This document shows, in pieces, positions 10,959-19,812 of a stretch of 60,480 bases of DNA. How positions within the stretch are numbered: the first letter of the stretch is position 1; each line of letters begins with the position of its first letter. Under the pieces are notes generated by a model, which saw only the letters and a program-made list of their open reading frames with translations, had not been told where the DNA came from and searched no databases. The position numbers and the translations under genes are program-made. This DNA is from Pseudomonadales bacterium (lineage in GTDB: Bacteria; Pseudomonadota; Gammaproteobacteria; Pseudomonadales; UBA5518): contig DAORUQ010000001.1 in the NCBI GenBank assembly GCA_035433265.1, positions 8,954 through 69,433 on the forward strand. Direction: 5' to 3'.

Positions 10959-11090
10959 CGCTTTCTCCCGTGGTGGCGACCGCCTTCGCATTATGCTGGT
11001 GCAATCGGGGCGATGCGCGCACGCAAATGGTGCGTCCGGGCGCCGACCAAAGGCATGCCCCGGGCCAGGCCCCGATATCGTGCAACGTCC

Positions 11091-11106
11091 AGCAAAATGC
11101 ACGCCA
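11091..11106 (-). promoter_or_regulatory. candidate sigma-54 (-24/-12) promoter upstream of amtB
   Basis: The minus strand reads TGGCGTGCATTTTGCT, that is TGGC-N7-TTGC with the canonical GG-N10-GC spacing. It lies about 130 nt upstream of the amtB ATG. Confidence 0.4.
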
Positions 11107-11161
11107 GAATGCGTGCCCGAAACGGGGCCCGCGACCGCACTCGGGGGCGCGCCTGGCGTGT

Positions 11162-11977
11162 TCAGTCGCCGTAGGAGAGCTCGTCGGTCTTGCCGCCGGC
11201 CATCACCGAACGCGTCAGGTCGTCGGCGCTCAGCATGCCGGCGTTCCAGTTCGCGATGTAGCGCAGCCCGTCGGCGACACTGTGGTCGCGGCCGTAGAGC
11301 AGCACCTCCTTGGTGCCGCGGATCGCCAGCGGCGAGCGCCGGGCGATGGTGCGCGCGATGTCCATCACCGCGGCCAGCATGCCCTCGCGCGTGGCATGGA
11401 CCTGGTTGACCAGCCCGTGGCGCTGCGCCTCCGCCGCGTCCATGCGCCGCCCGGTATAGGCCAGCTCGCGCATCAGGCCGTCGCCGATCAGCCGCGGCAG
11501 GCGCTGCAGCGTGCCGACGTCGGCGACCATGCCGAGCTCGATCTCCTTGATCGCGAAATACGCGTCCGCGGTGCAGTAGCGCATGTCGCAGCAGCTGATC
11601 ATGTCGACGCCGCCGCCGATGCAGGTGTACTGCACCGCCGCGAGCACCGGCTTGCGGCACTGCTCGATCGCCGTCAGGTTCGCCTGCAGGCGCTCGATGT
11701 GGTGGCGCCGGTGCTCGGCGCGCCGCCCCGGCTCCAGCGACTGGTCATCGAGCGTGGCGAACATCTGCAGGTCGATGCCGGCGCAGAAATGCCGGCCGCG
11801 CGCAGCCAGCACAACGGCGCGCACCGCCGGCTCGCGATCGCACCAGCGGAAGCACTCCTCTAGCTCGCGCCACAGCGCGGCGTTCATCGCGTTGGCCTTG
11901 TCCGGGCGGTTCAGCTCGACCAGCGCCACGTGATCGGCGAGCTCGAGCGCCAGCGTGTCGAAACGGGGAAGATCCAT
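11162..11977 (-). CDS. enoyl-CoA hydratase/isomerase family protein (dienoyl-CoA isomerase-like crotonase)
   Basis: VALVELNRPDKANAMN ... RHFCAGIDL ... AVQYTCIGGGVDM crotonase fold motifs. 271 aa. Confidence 0.85.
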   Translation of the reverse strand: MDLPRFDTLALELADHVALVELNRPDKANAMNAALWRELEECFRWCDREPAVRAVVLAARGRHFCAGIDLQMFATLDDQSLEPGRRAEHRRHHIERLQANLTAIEQCRKPVLAAVQYTCIGGGVDMISCCDMRYCTADAYFAIKEIELGMVADVGTLQRLPRLIGDGLMRELAYTGRRMDAAEAQRHGLVNQVHATREGMLAAVMDIARTIARRSPLAIRGTKEVLLYGRDHSVADGLRYIANWNAGMLSADDLTRSVMAGGKTDELSYGD

Positions 11978-12011
11978 GCGCGAACTCCTGTTGCGTCGTC
12001 GTCGATAGCGC

Positions 12012-12572
12012 TCAGCGCGGCCAACGGTGGAAATGCGCCGCCGGGTCGAGCGCCGGCAGCGGCTTGGGCGTGCCTTCCGGCGTGCCCAGGTAAAGGAAGC
12101 CGATCACGCGATCGCTCGCCGCCAGCCCCAGCTCCTCGCGCAGTTCGTCGGTGTACGTGACGGGGCCGGTGCGCCAGATGCCGCCGAAGCCGAGCGCGTG
12201 CGCCGCGACCAGCATGTTCTGCGCCGCGCAGGCGACCGCGAGCTCCTGCTCGATCGCGGGCACCTTGGGGTTGTCGCGCACGCGCGCCACCAGCACCAGC
12301 ACCAGCGGCGCGCGCAACGGGTTCGCGCGCAGCTTGTCCTGCGCCTCGGCGCCACTGTCGGGCGCGTGGCGTTGCATCGCGCGCGCCATCGCCGCACCGA
12401 GCGCCTCGCGCCCCTGCCCCTCGACGACCAGGAAATGCCAAGGCTGCAGCCGGGCGTGGTCCGGCGCGCGCAGCGCGGCGCGGAAGATCTGCTCGCGCGC
12501 GGCGCCCGCGGGTGCGGGCTCGGCCAGGCGCGCGGCGGAATTGCGGCTCAGCAGTGCGGCGATAGCGTCCAT
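12012..12572 (-). CDS. nitroreductase family protein (YdjA-like size)
   Basis: Trimmed to MDAIAALLSRNSAARL. Contains RAPDHARLQPWHFLVV and a C-terminal GFLYLG. 186 aa. Confidence 0.8.
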   Translation of the reverse strand: MDAIAALLSRNSAARLAEPAPAGAAREQIFRAALRAPDHARLQPWHFLVVEGQGREALGAAMARAMQRHAPDSGAEAQDKLRANPLRAPLVLVLVARVRDNPKVPAIEQELAVACAAQNMLVAAHALGFGGIWRTGPVTYTDELREELGLAASDRVIGFLYLGTPEGTPKPLPALDPAAHFHRWPR

Positions 12573-12647
12573 GTCACGACCTGTGCGGCGATGTCGCGCG
12601 CCACACTGCAATCATCGGCGCGCGATTGCAAGCGCGCCGGCGATGGT

Positions 12648-14507
12648 TCAGTGCATGTCGGCGTAGGGCGATTGCATCTCGAGATCGATCGCCTGCGCGT
12701 AGCCGGGCACGCGCAGCCGGCTGGCGTCCCACTCCAGGTCCTCGCCGTGCAGCACGCCGTGGTCGAACTGGTAGATCGGCGCGGCCTGGCCGCTGCTGGC
12801 GCGCGCGTCGTAGTCGGCGCTGCGCTCGCGCACGCGCTCGTTCAGCGCCGCGTGCTCGCACATGCGCTCGCGCCCGAAGCGTTTCTCCAGCATGCGCGCG
12901 GCGACGTGCGGCGCCAGCACCGTGCAGCTCGCGTTGTTGCCGCCGAAACCCTTGGCGTTGATGATCGCGACATCCAGCTCGCGCGCATCGCGCTCGCGGT
13001 GACGGCGCAGGATGTCGAGGTGCGTGCGGTGCACATCATCGGCGTCGCGCTCCGCGGTGAGGATGCCGGGCAGCAGCCCATGGGCCCAGGTGCCCAGCGT
13101 CATCACCAGCTGGTCGGCGGCGGCGGCGCCGATCGAATGCCCGAGATAGCTCTTCAGCGCGCACACCGGCCAGTCGCGGATGCCGAAAACGCGCGCGGTC
13201 TCGTCGAGGATGTGCGACTCGGTCACGCGGTTCTGCGGCGTGCCGGTGCCGTGCGCCTGCACGAAGGAGCGCCGGCGCAGGGATTCCTCGCCCACGATCG
13301 CGCGCGCCAGCGCGGCGGCGCGCGCCATGGTCAGATAGTTGCCCACACCGGGCGAGGAGATCGACTTCTTGTAGCCGTCGGCGTTGACGAACACCTCCGC
13401 CACCGCGGCGTGGATGGTGGCGCCAAGTTCCAGCGCCAGCTCCGCGTCCATCAGCACCACGAACTGCGCCGATTCGGCGATCGTGAAGCCGCAGTTATCG
13501 GCGAAGGGCCGGCAGGCGCGGGTGTGGTCCGGCGCCACGCCGGGCGCCAGGCCATCGAGGGCGCGCAGCCCCTCGTCGGTGGCGAGCGCGCCCATCGCGG
13601 CGTAACCCTCGATCACTTCCGGCGTGATCGGCGCCTCGGCATTGCCCACCATGGCCACGCGCGCGCGCCCGGAGCGGATGTCAGCGACGCCGTGCGCGAG
13701 GTTGTACAGGAACGAGGCGCAGGCCCCCATGCTGGTGCCGGTGTTGCCGAGGCTGCCGAGGATGTAGGCGTTGATGAAGTCCGCCGGCATCTCGGCGAAG
13801 CCGAAGGGACACTGCTTGGAGGTCACGCGCTTGCCCATCAGGCGCGAGGCCATCATGCCGCCGTTGCCGTGTCCGTCGAGCTGGCTCATGCCGCTGCCGG
13901 CATAGACGCTGACCTGGTCGGGACGCACGCGCGCGCGGATCAGGTCCCAGTCGATGCCGAGCGAGTGCAGCGCGTCGGAGGCGCCGTAGACCGTCATCTG
14001 CAGGCCGCGCGGATGGCTGCGTGCCGGGTAGAGGGCGCGCGGGTCGAATCCGGTGGGCAACTGCCCGGCGGCATTGACCTCGGAGCGCCGCGCCGCCGGC
14101 ACCAGCACCTCGGTCGGCCCCTCGATCAGGACCTCGGCCGTGCGGCCCTGCGTGGCGAGCACCCGCCACCCCGGGGGCAGCGGATCGGGCAACTGCCCGA
14201 TGCCGATGCTCACGCGCATGCCGCCCTCGGCCGGCGACCAGGTCATGCGCCGGTGCCAGGGAATGCCGTCGCTGTCGAAATGCTCCGCGCCGATGCGCCG
14301 CACCAGGGTGTTGGCGCGCATGTGCTCGCGCGCCGCGGCGCTGTCGCTGTCGGGAACGTTCATCAACGCGCCCAGGCTGCGCCAGGTGGCATCGGCCAGC
14401 GGCGCCGGCAGCGCATCGATCACGAGGCGGCGGAAGCCGTGGTGGGCCGAACTGCGGCCGGCGGGCGAGATGCCGCCGAATCCGGCGATGACGGGAAGCC
14501 TGGACAT
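12648..14507 (-). CDS. large (619 aa) beta-ketoacyl synthase, FabY-like (Pseudomonas PA5174-type condensing enzyme)
   Basis: N-terminus MSRLPVIAGFGGISPAGRSS. Cys-His-His triad contexts: GTSMGACASF, QAHGTGTPQN, KSYLGHSIGAA. The length is much greater than FabB/FabF. Confidence 0.75.
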   Translation of the reverse strand: MSRLPVIAGFGGISPAGRSSAHHGFRRLVIDALPAPLADATWRSLGALMNVPDSDSAAAREHMRANTLVRRIGAEHFDSDGIPWHRRMTWSPAEGGMRVSIGIGQLPDPLPPGWRVLATQGRTAEVLIEGPTEVLVPAARRSEVNAAGQLPTGFDPRALYPARSHPRGLQMTVYGASDALHSLGIDWDLIRARVRPDQVSVYAGSGMSQLDGHGNGGMMASRLMGKRVTSKQCPFGFAEMPADFINAYILGSLGNTGTSMGACASFLYNLAHGVADIRSGRARVAMVGNAEAPITPEVIEGYAAMGALATDEGLRALDGLAPGVAPDHTRACRPFADNCGFTIAESAQFVVLMDAELALELGATIHAAVAEVFVNADGYKKSISSPGVGNYLTMARAAALARAIVGEESLRRRSFVQAHGTGTPQNRVTESHILDETARVFGIRDWPVCALKSYLGHSIGAAAADQLVMTLGTWAHGLLPGILTAERDADDVHRTHLDILRRHRERDARELDVAIINAKGFGGNNASCTVLAPHVAARMLEKRFGRERMCEHAALNERVRERSADYDARASSGQAAPIYQFDHGVLHGEDLEWDASRLRVPGYAQAIDLEMQSPYADMH

Positions 14508-14664
14508 GGAGCGTTTTCCTTACTGCGGATGGCTGCGGCAGCCGGGGTGGGTGGCGCGCAACGGATCGATTCCAGTCTATGGCGAAGGCCGCGGGGCGGC
14601 TTGTAAATTCTGGTCATCGCCTTTAACTTTCCGGCCAGCCAATCCGGGAATTTTCCATCCGCCC

Positions 14665-15663
14665 ATGATCAGGGTCATCGTGCTCGCCATCGAGGGCGCA
14701 CTGGCCTCCAGCCTGGTGCTGCCGGTAGAGATGCTGCGCGCCGCGGCGCAGCACGCGCGCGCGCATTCGCGCCGGGCGCCGGGCCTCGAGGTCCGCGTTG
14801 CCGCCGAGCAGCGCGAGGTGCTCACCATGTCGGGGGTGATCGGCCTGCAGGCGGATCTCGCCGCCGATGCCGTGCAGGAGGCCGAACTGATCATCGTGCC
14901 CTCGCTGTGGCGCGCGCCGGCGGCGACCGTCGAGCGCCACCCGCGCATCGGGCGCGCCCTGCGCCGCGCCGCGCGCAGCGGCTCGCGGCTGTGCAGCGTG
15001 GGCACGGGCAGCTATTTTCCCGCGGCCGCGGGACTGCTGGACGGCCGCCAGGCCACCACGCACTGGTCATTCTTCGAGGATTTCGCGCGGCGCTTCCCCG
15101 CCGTGCAACTGCAGCGGCGCCACCTGATCACGCGCTCCGGGCCGTTCTATTGCGCGGCCAGCGTCAACTCGGCCGCCGACCTGACGCTGCACTTCATCGG
15201 GGAATTCTTCGGCGCGGCGGCCGCGCGCCAGGTCGAGAGCCAGTTTTCGCCGGAAATCCGCCGGCCCTTCGGCGCGCAGGGCCTCGGGGAAGGCGATGCC
15301 GGCGCGCACCCCGACGAAGCGATCCGCATGGCGCAGGACTGGCTGCTCGCCAATCCCGGCGCCAGGCTGCGCGTACCCGAGCTCGCGGCGCGCTGCGGTC
15401 TGGGCACCCGTACCTTCAACCGGCGCTTTCGTGCCGCCGTGGGCACCACGCCGCTCGCCTTCGTGCGCACGGCCCGCCTCGAGCTCGCGCGCGACCTGCT
15501 GCGCCAGAGCAATCTCGGCATCGGCGAGATCGCCCACCGCTGCGGTTATGCCGATCCGGGCCACTTCAGCCGCGCCTTCTCCGGCGCCACCGGCAGCAGC
15601 CCCCAGGAGTACCGCGCCCGCGCCCGCGGCAAGCTCTTTCGCGGCCAGCCGGGCTCGCCATGA
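14665..15663 (+). CDS. GlxA-type transcriptional regulator (DJ-1/PfpI domain + AraC HTH)
   Basis: The track ORF is trimmed to the ATG at 14665 (MIRVIVLAIEG...). DJ-1-like N-terminal half with CSVGTGSY. C-terminal AraC HTH: IGEIAHRCGYADPGHFSRAF. Confidence 0.85.
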   Translation: MIRVIVLAIEGALASSLVLPVEMLRAAAQHARAHSRRAPGLEVRVAAEQREVLTMSGVIGLQADLAADAVQEAELIIVPSLWRAPAATVERHPRIGRALRRAARSGSRLCSVGTGSYFPAAAGLLDGRQATTHWSFFEDFARRFPAVQLQRRHLITRSGPFYCAASVNSAADLTLHFIGEFFGAAAARQVESQFSPEIRRPFGAQGLGEGDAGAHPDEAIRMAQDWLLANPGARLRVPELAARCGLGTRTFNRRFRAAVGTTPLAFVRTARLELARDLLRQSNLGIGEIAHRCGYADPGHFSRAFSGATGSSPQEYRARARGKLFRGQPGSP

Positions 15664-15787
15664 CACGCATTTGGCCCGTCGAATGGCCATCATTCTTGTG
15701 TGCGCTCCGGCGATATGGCCAAATGCCGGCCCTGAATTTCCCCAACCCGATGCACTCGCGCGAACGCGCGCTGACAGGAGAAAGGCG

Positions 15788-16969
15788 ATGGACGACTCGA
15801 CGGTGGTGATCGCGGGCGCGGCGCGCACGGCAATGGGCGGCATGAACGGCGCGCTGGCCGGCATGGCGGCGACGCAGCTCGGCGCCGAGGCGATCCGCGC
15901 GGCGCTGGCGCGCAGCGGCATCGCGCCGGAAGCGGTAAACGAGGTCATCATGGGCTGCGTGCTGCCGGCCGGCCTGAAGCAGGCCCCGGCGCGCCAGGCG
16001 GCGCTCGGCGCCGGCATACCCAAGAGCGCGGGCTGCACCACGATCAACAAGGTCTGCGGCTCCGGCATGCAGGCGGTGATGTACGCGCACGACCAGCTGA
16101 AGGCAGGCACCAACGCCATCATGGTCGCCGGCGGCATGGAGAGCATGAGCAACGCGCCGCACATGCTGCTCGGCGCGCGCCAGGGCATCCGTCTGGGCCA
16201 CGCCGAGCTCAAGGACCACATGTTCCTCGACGGGCTCGAGGACGCCTACACCGCGCGCGCGATGGGCTCCTTCGCGCAGGAGACCGCCAACGAGCGCGGC
16301 ATCACGCGCGAGCAGATGGACGCCTACGCGATCCAGTCGCTGACGCGCGCGCTGGCCGCGATCGAGCAGGGCCGCTTCAAGGACGAGATCGTGCCGGTCA
16401 CGGTCAAGGGCCGCAAGGGCGACACCGTGGTCGATACCGACGAGCAGCCGCTCTCGGCCAGGCCCGACAAGATCCCGCAACTCAAGGCCGCCTTCGCCAA
16501 GGACGGCACGATCACCGCGGCAAATTCGAGCTCGATCTCCGACGGCGGCTCCGCACTGGTGCTGACCACCGCGGCCGAGGCGGCGAAGCGCGGCCTGCAA
16601 CCGATGGCGCGCGTCGTGGCCCACAGCCGCCATTCGCACGAGCCCAACCTGTTCACCACCGCACCCGTGTTCGCGATCCAGAAGCTGCTCGCGAAGACCG
16701 GCTGGAGCGCAAGCGACGTGGACCTGTTCGAGATCAACGAGGCCTTCGCGATGGTGGCCATGATCGCGATCCACGACCTCGGCCTGGACCCGGCGAAAGT
16801 GAACGTGCACGGCGGCGCCTGCGCGCTGGGCCACCCGCTGGGCTCCAGCGGCAGCCGCATCATCGTCACCCTGCTGCACGCGCTGAAGCACTACGGCAAG
16901 AAGCGCGGCATCGCGAGCCTGTGCATCGGCGGCGGCGAGGCCACGGCGGTGGCGGTCGAGATGCTCTGA
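15788..16969 (+). CDS. acetyl-CoA C-acyltransferase (thiolase)
   Basis: MDDSTVVIAGAARTAMGG, active-site NKVCGSGMQAV, NVHGGACALGHPLGSSG, C-terminal CIGGGEATAVAVE. Confidence 0.9.
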   Translation: MDDSTVVIAGAARTAMGGMNGALAGMAATQLGAEAIRAALARSGIAPEAVNEVIMGCVLPAGLKQAPARQAALGAGIPKSAGCTTINKVCGSGMQAVMYAHDQLKAGTNAIMVAGGMESMSNAPHMLLGARQGIRLGHAELKDHMFLDGLEDAYTARAMGSFAQETANERGITREQMDAYAIQSLTRALAAIEQGRFKDEIVPVTVKGRKGDTVVDTDEQPLSARPDKIPQLKAAFAKDGTITAANSSSISDGGSALVLTTAAEAAKRGLQPMARVVAHSRHSHEPNLFTTAPVFAIQKLLAKTGWSASDVDLFEINEAFAMVAMIAIHDLGLDPAKVNVHGGACALGHPLGSSGSRIIVTLLHALKHYGKKRGIASLCIGGGEATAVAVEML

Positions 16970-16980
16970 CGCGGCAACCT

Positions 16981-17043
16981 TGTGGGTCGCCATTGATCGT
17001 GGGTCGCCATTCATGCCGACCCACATAAATGCCGATCCACATT
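16981..17043. repeat. REP cluster (one full hairpin unit plus two partial units)
   Basis: tgtgggtcgccattgatc / GTGGGTCGCCATTCATGCCGACCCAC (16999..17024) / ataaatgccgatccacatt, in the thiolase to kstD-like spacer. Confidence 0.75.
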
Positions 17044-17091
17044 AGCCGCTACAATGCGCCGCAACGGAAACAACCGCGGGATAGAACGACG

Positions 17092-18807
17092 ATGACGGCA
17101 GGCGGCAACTGGGATCACGCGGTGGACGTGCTGGTGGTGGGCTCGGGCAACGGCGGCATGACCGCCGCGCTCTGCGCCCACGAGATGGGCGCGGGCAAGG
17201 TGCTGCTGATCGAGAAGCACGACAAGTTCGGCGGCACCAGTGCGATCTCCGGCGGTGGCGTCTGGGTGCCGGGCAACCGCTACGCGCGCGCCGCCGGCGC
17301 CAGCGATTCGCGCGAGGACGCGCTGCGCTACCTAGAGGCCACGGTGCCGGCGGAATCTGTGCCGCGCGAAATGCTGGAGACCTACGTCGACAACGCCCCG
17401 CGCATGCTCGACTTCCTGCACGAGCGCACGCGCGTGCGCTACGTCACGCTGCCGCAGTACCCGGACTACTACTCGATGCTGCCGGGTGCGCGCACCGGGC
17501 ACCGCTCGATGGAACCCGAGCCGCTGATGAAGTCCGAGCTCGGCGACGAGGCCGCGAACCTCGTCGACACGCACCACATGATGTGGATGTTCAACCGCTT
17601 CGCGATCACGCAGGCCGAGGCGCACGACTTCACCGCGCAGCTGCCGGGCTGGTGGAAGCGCGCCGCGATGCTGGTGATCCGCTCGGTGCTCGACCTGCCG
17701 TGGCTGCTGAAGTGGGGGCGCTCGCGGCGTATCTGCACCGGCTGCGCGGGTATCGCGCGCCTGCGCCTCTCGATGATGGAACGTAACCTCCCGCTGTGGC
17801 TGCGCACGCAGCTCGTCGAGCTGCTCACCGATGCCGAGGGCCGCGTCACGGGCGCGGTGATCGAGCGCGAAGGCAAGCGCCTGCGCGTGCAGGCACGCAA
17901 GGGCGTGGTGCTCGCGGCCGGCGGCTTCGAGCACAACCAGCAGATGCGCGAGCAGTACCTGCCCAGGCCCACCGAGGCGCGCTGGAGCGGCGGCATCCGC
18001 ACCAACACGGGCGATGCGATCCGCGAGGGCATGCGCCTCGGCGCGGCGACGCGCCTGATGGGCGATGCGTGGTGGTGCACCACGATCACGGTGCCCGGCG
18101 AGCCATCACCCCGGCTCAGCATCATGGAGAAATCCTACCCCGGCTCCTGCGTGGTGAATGCCGCCGGCAAGCGCTTCACCAACGAATCGCAAAACTACAT
18201 GGCCTACCAGAAGGCGCTGTTCGCCACGCACAGCAACGAAAATCCCTGCGTGCCGAGCTACCACGTCTTCGACGCGCGCTTTCGCCGCAGCTACATCGTC
18301 GGACCGCTGTACAACAGCCGCATGCGCCCGGACTGGGCGCTGCCGCAGCGCTGGTTCGAGGCCGGCTTCGTGCACAAGGCCGATACCATTGCCGAACTCG
18401 CGCGCAAGGCCGGCATCGATCCGGCCGGACTGGAGGAGACGATCCGGCGGATGAACGAGTTCGCCCGCAGCGGCAAGGACCTCGACTTCCAGCGCGGCGA
18501 CGCCGACTACGACCGCTACTACGGCGATCCGCGCGTCACGCCCAACCCTTGCCTCGCGCCCATCGACGAGGCGCCCTTCTACGCGATGCCGATCGACCCG
18601 GGCGATTTCGGCACGCAGGGCGGCCTGGTCACGAATACCAGCGCACAGGTGCTGCGCGAGGACGGCTCCGCGATCGACGGCCTCTACGCGGTAGGCAACT
18701 GCAGCGCCCCGGTGCTGCCGACCTACCCCGGCCCCGGCTCAACCCTGGGCCCCGCGATGACCTTCGCCTACCAGGCCGCCAAGCACATCACGGGCTACCG
18801 CGCGTAG
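17092..18807 (+). CDS. FAD-binding oxidoreductase, 3-oxosteroid 1-dehydrogenase (KstD)-like / fumarate-reductase flavoprotein family
   Basis: Trimmed to MTAGGNWDHAVDVLVVGSGNGGMTAAL (GxGxxG). Contains FGGTSAISGGGVWVP and C-terminal GLYAVGNCS ... YPGPGSTLG. Confidence 0.8.
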   Translation: MTAGGNWDHAVDVLVVGSGNGGMTAALCAHEMGAGKVLLIEKHDKFGGTSAISGGGVWVPGNRYARAAGASDSREDALRYLEATVPAESVPREMLETYVDNAPRMLDFLHERTRVRYVTLPQYPDYYSMLPGARTGHRSMEPEPLMKSELGDEAANLVDTHHMMWMFNRFAITQAEAHDFTAQLPGWWKRAAMLVIRSVLDLPWLLKWGRSRRICTGCAGIARLRLSMMERNLPLWLRTQLVELLTDAEGRVTGAVIEREGKRLRVQARKGVVLAAGGFEHNQQMREQYLPRPTEARWSGGIRTNTGDAIREGMRLGAATRLMGDAWWCTTITVPGEPSPRLSIMEKSYPGSCVVNAAGKRFTNESQNYMAYQKALFATHSNENPCVPSYHVFDARFRRSYIVGPLYNSRMRPDWALPQRWFEAGFVHKADTIAELARKAGIDPAGLEETIRRMNEFARSGKDLDFQRGDADYDRYYGDPRVTPNPCLAPIDEAPFYAMPIDPGDFGTQGGLVTNTSAQVLREDGSAIDGLYAVGNCSAPVLPTYPGPGSTLGPAMTFAYQAAKHITGYRA

Positions 18808-18865
18808 GTCGGCATTCATGCCGACTGGTGCGTGCCCCGATGCCGATGTCGCCATGAATGGCAAC
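18808..18865. repeat. REP pair in inverted orientation
   Basis: GTCGGCATTCATGCCGAC (18808..18825) and GTCGCCATGAATGGCAAC (18848..18865). The pair starts immediately after the kstD-like stop codon. Confidence 0.8.
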
Positions 18866-18873
18866 CCACGTTG

Positions 18874-19812
18874 ATGGCAAACCTGCTGCATCAGCTCACG
18901 CTCTCCGCGCCGCTGTTCCTGCTGGTGCTGGCGGGCTACGGCCTGATCCGCGTCGGGCGCTGGGACGATGCGATCGGCGACGCGCTGGGGCGCTTCGTGT
19001 TCGCGGCCGCCCTGCCGGCCATGCTGTTCCGCCTGATGAGCGGCCTGTCGACGCTGCCGCCGGTGGACGCGCGCCTGCTCGTCGCCTTCTTCGGCAGTTG
19101 CCTCGTGGTGTTCGCGCTCGGGCGTCTCGTCGCGTGGAAGCTGTTCGCGCTCGACGGCGTATCGCAGTCGGTGTTCGCCCTCGGCGGGGTGTTCTCGAAC
19201 AACGTGCTGCTCGGCCTGCCGATCGCGCGGCTGCTGCTCGGCGAAGCGGCGCTGCCCGCGGTCGCGCTGGTGCTGGTGTTCAACTCGCTGATCCTGTGGA
19301 CGCTGGTGACCGTCAGCGTGGAATGGGCGCGCCACGGCGAGCTCTCCGCGCGCGGCTTCGGCGCCACGCTGAAGAGCGTGCTGACGAACCCGGTGGTGGT
19401 CGCGATCCTCTCCGGCACCGTGTTCGGCATGAGCGGCGTCGCGCTGCCCGCCGTCCTCGACACCACGCTCGGCATGGTCGCCGGGATGGCCGCGCCGCTC
19501 GCGCTGATCGCGCTCGGCATGGGCATCTCGCGCTACCGCGTGCGCGAAGGTTTGCCACTGGCAAGCGCGATCATCGTGATCAAGCTGCTGGTGCAGCCGC
19601 TGGTGGTGTGGGCGATCGCGCGCGCGATCGGGCTGCCGCCGCTGGAAACGCAGGTCGTGGTGCTGCTCGCCTCGATCGCGGTCGGCGTGAACGTCTACCT
19701 GATGGCCTCGCAGTTCCAGGTGCTGCAGGGCGCGGTGGCGGCGAGCATCGTGCTGTCCACGCTCGCCTCGTCGATCACCACGCCGCTGCTGCTGGCGCTG
19801 TTGTCGCCATGA
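18874..19812 (+). CDS. AEC (auxin efflux carrier) family transporter
   Basis: Trimmed to MANLLHQLTLSAPLFLLVLAGYGL. About 10 hydrophobic segments and 312 aa. The last three codons plus stop (TCG CCA TGA) lie inside a REP hairpin. Confidence 0.85.
   Translation: MANLLHQLTLSAPLFLLVLAGYGLIRVGRWDDAIGDALGRFVFAAALPAMLFRLMSGLSTLPPVDARLLVAFFGSCLVVFALGRLVAWKLFALDGVSQSVFALGGVFSNNVLLGLPIARLLLGEAALPAVALVLVFNSLILWTLVTVSVEWARHGELSARGFGATLKSVLTNPVVVAILSGTVFGMSGVALPAVLDTTLGMVAGMAAPLALIALGMGISRYRVREGLPLASAIIVIKLLVQPLVVWAIARAIGLPPLETQVVVLLASIAVGVNVYLMASQFQVLQGAVAASIVLSTLASSITTPLLLALLSP

Noticed and set aside
11019-11033. NtrC-like dyad GCACCATTTGCGTGC near amtB
   Set aside because: It resembles TGCACC-N5-GGTGCA but lies downstream of the candidate sigma-54 promoter, in the presumed 5' UTR. 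This is the wrong position for an NtrC enhancer, so it is left uncalled.
9648-11660. Very long N-terminal extensions or fusions in the ORF track (amtB 670 aa; 31347..33962 871 aa; 35775..37727 650 aa; 55400..56728; 55960..57201; 14053..15663; 15296..16969)
   Set aside because: The extensions are Arg/Ala/Pro-rich and run through neighbouring genes or spacers. In each case an internal start with an RBS and/or a family-typical N-terminus gives a normal-length protein. The track simply reports the longest stop-free frame.
12027-14606. 859-aa plus-strand ORF
   Set aside because: It lies antisense to the nitroreductase and the FabY-like synthase, whose translations carry clear catalytic motifs. 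The same reasoning applies to the other long antisense ORFs in the track: 26421..28454, 5529..6860, 15566..17026, 19947..21452, 34312..35796, 54008..55399 and 58069..59766.
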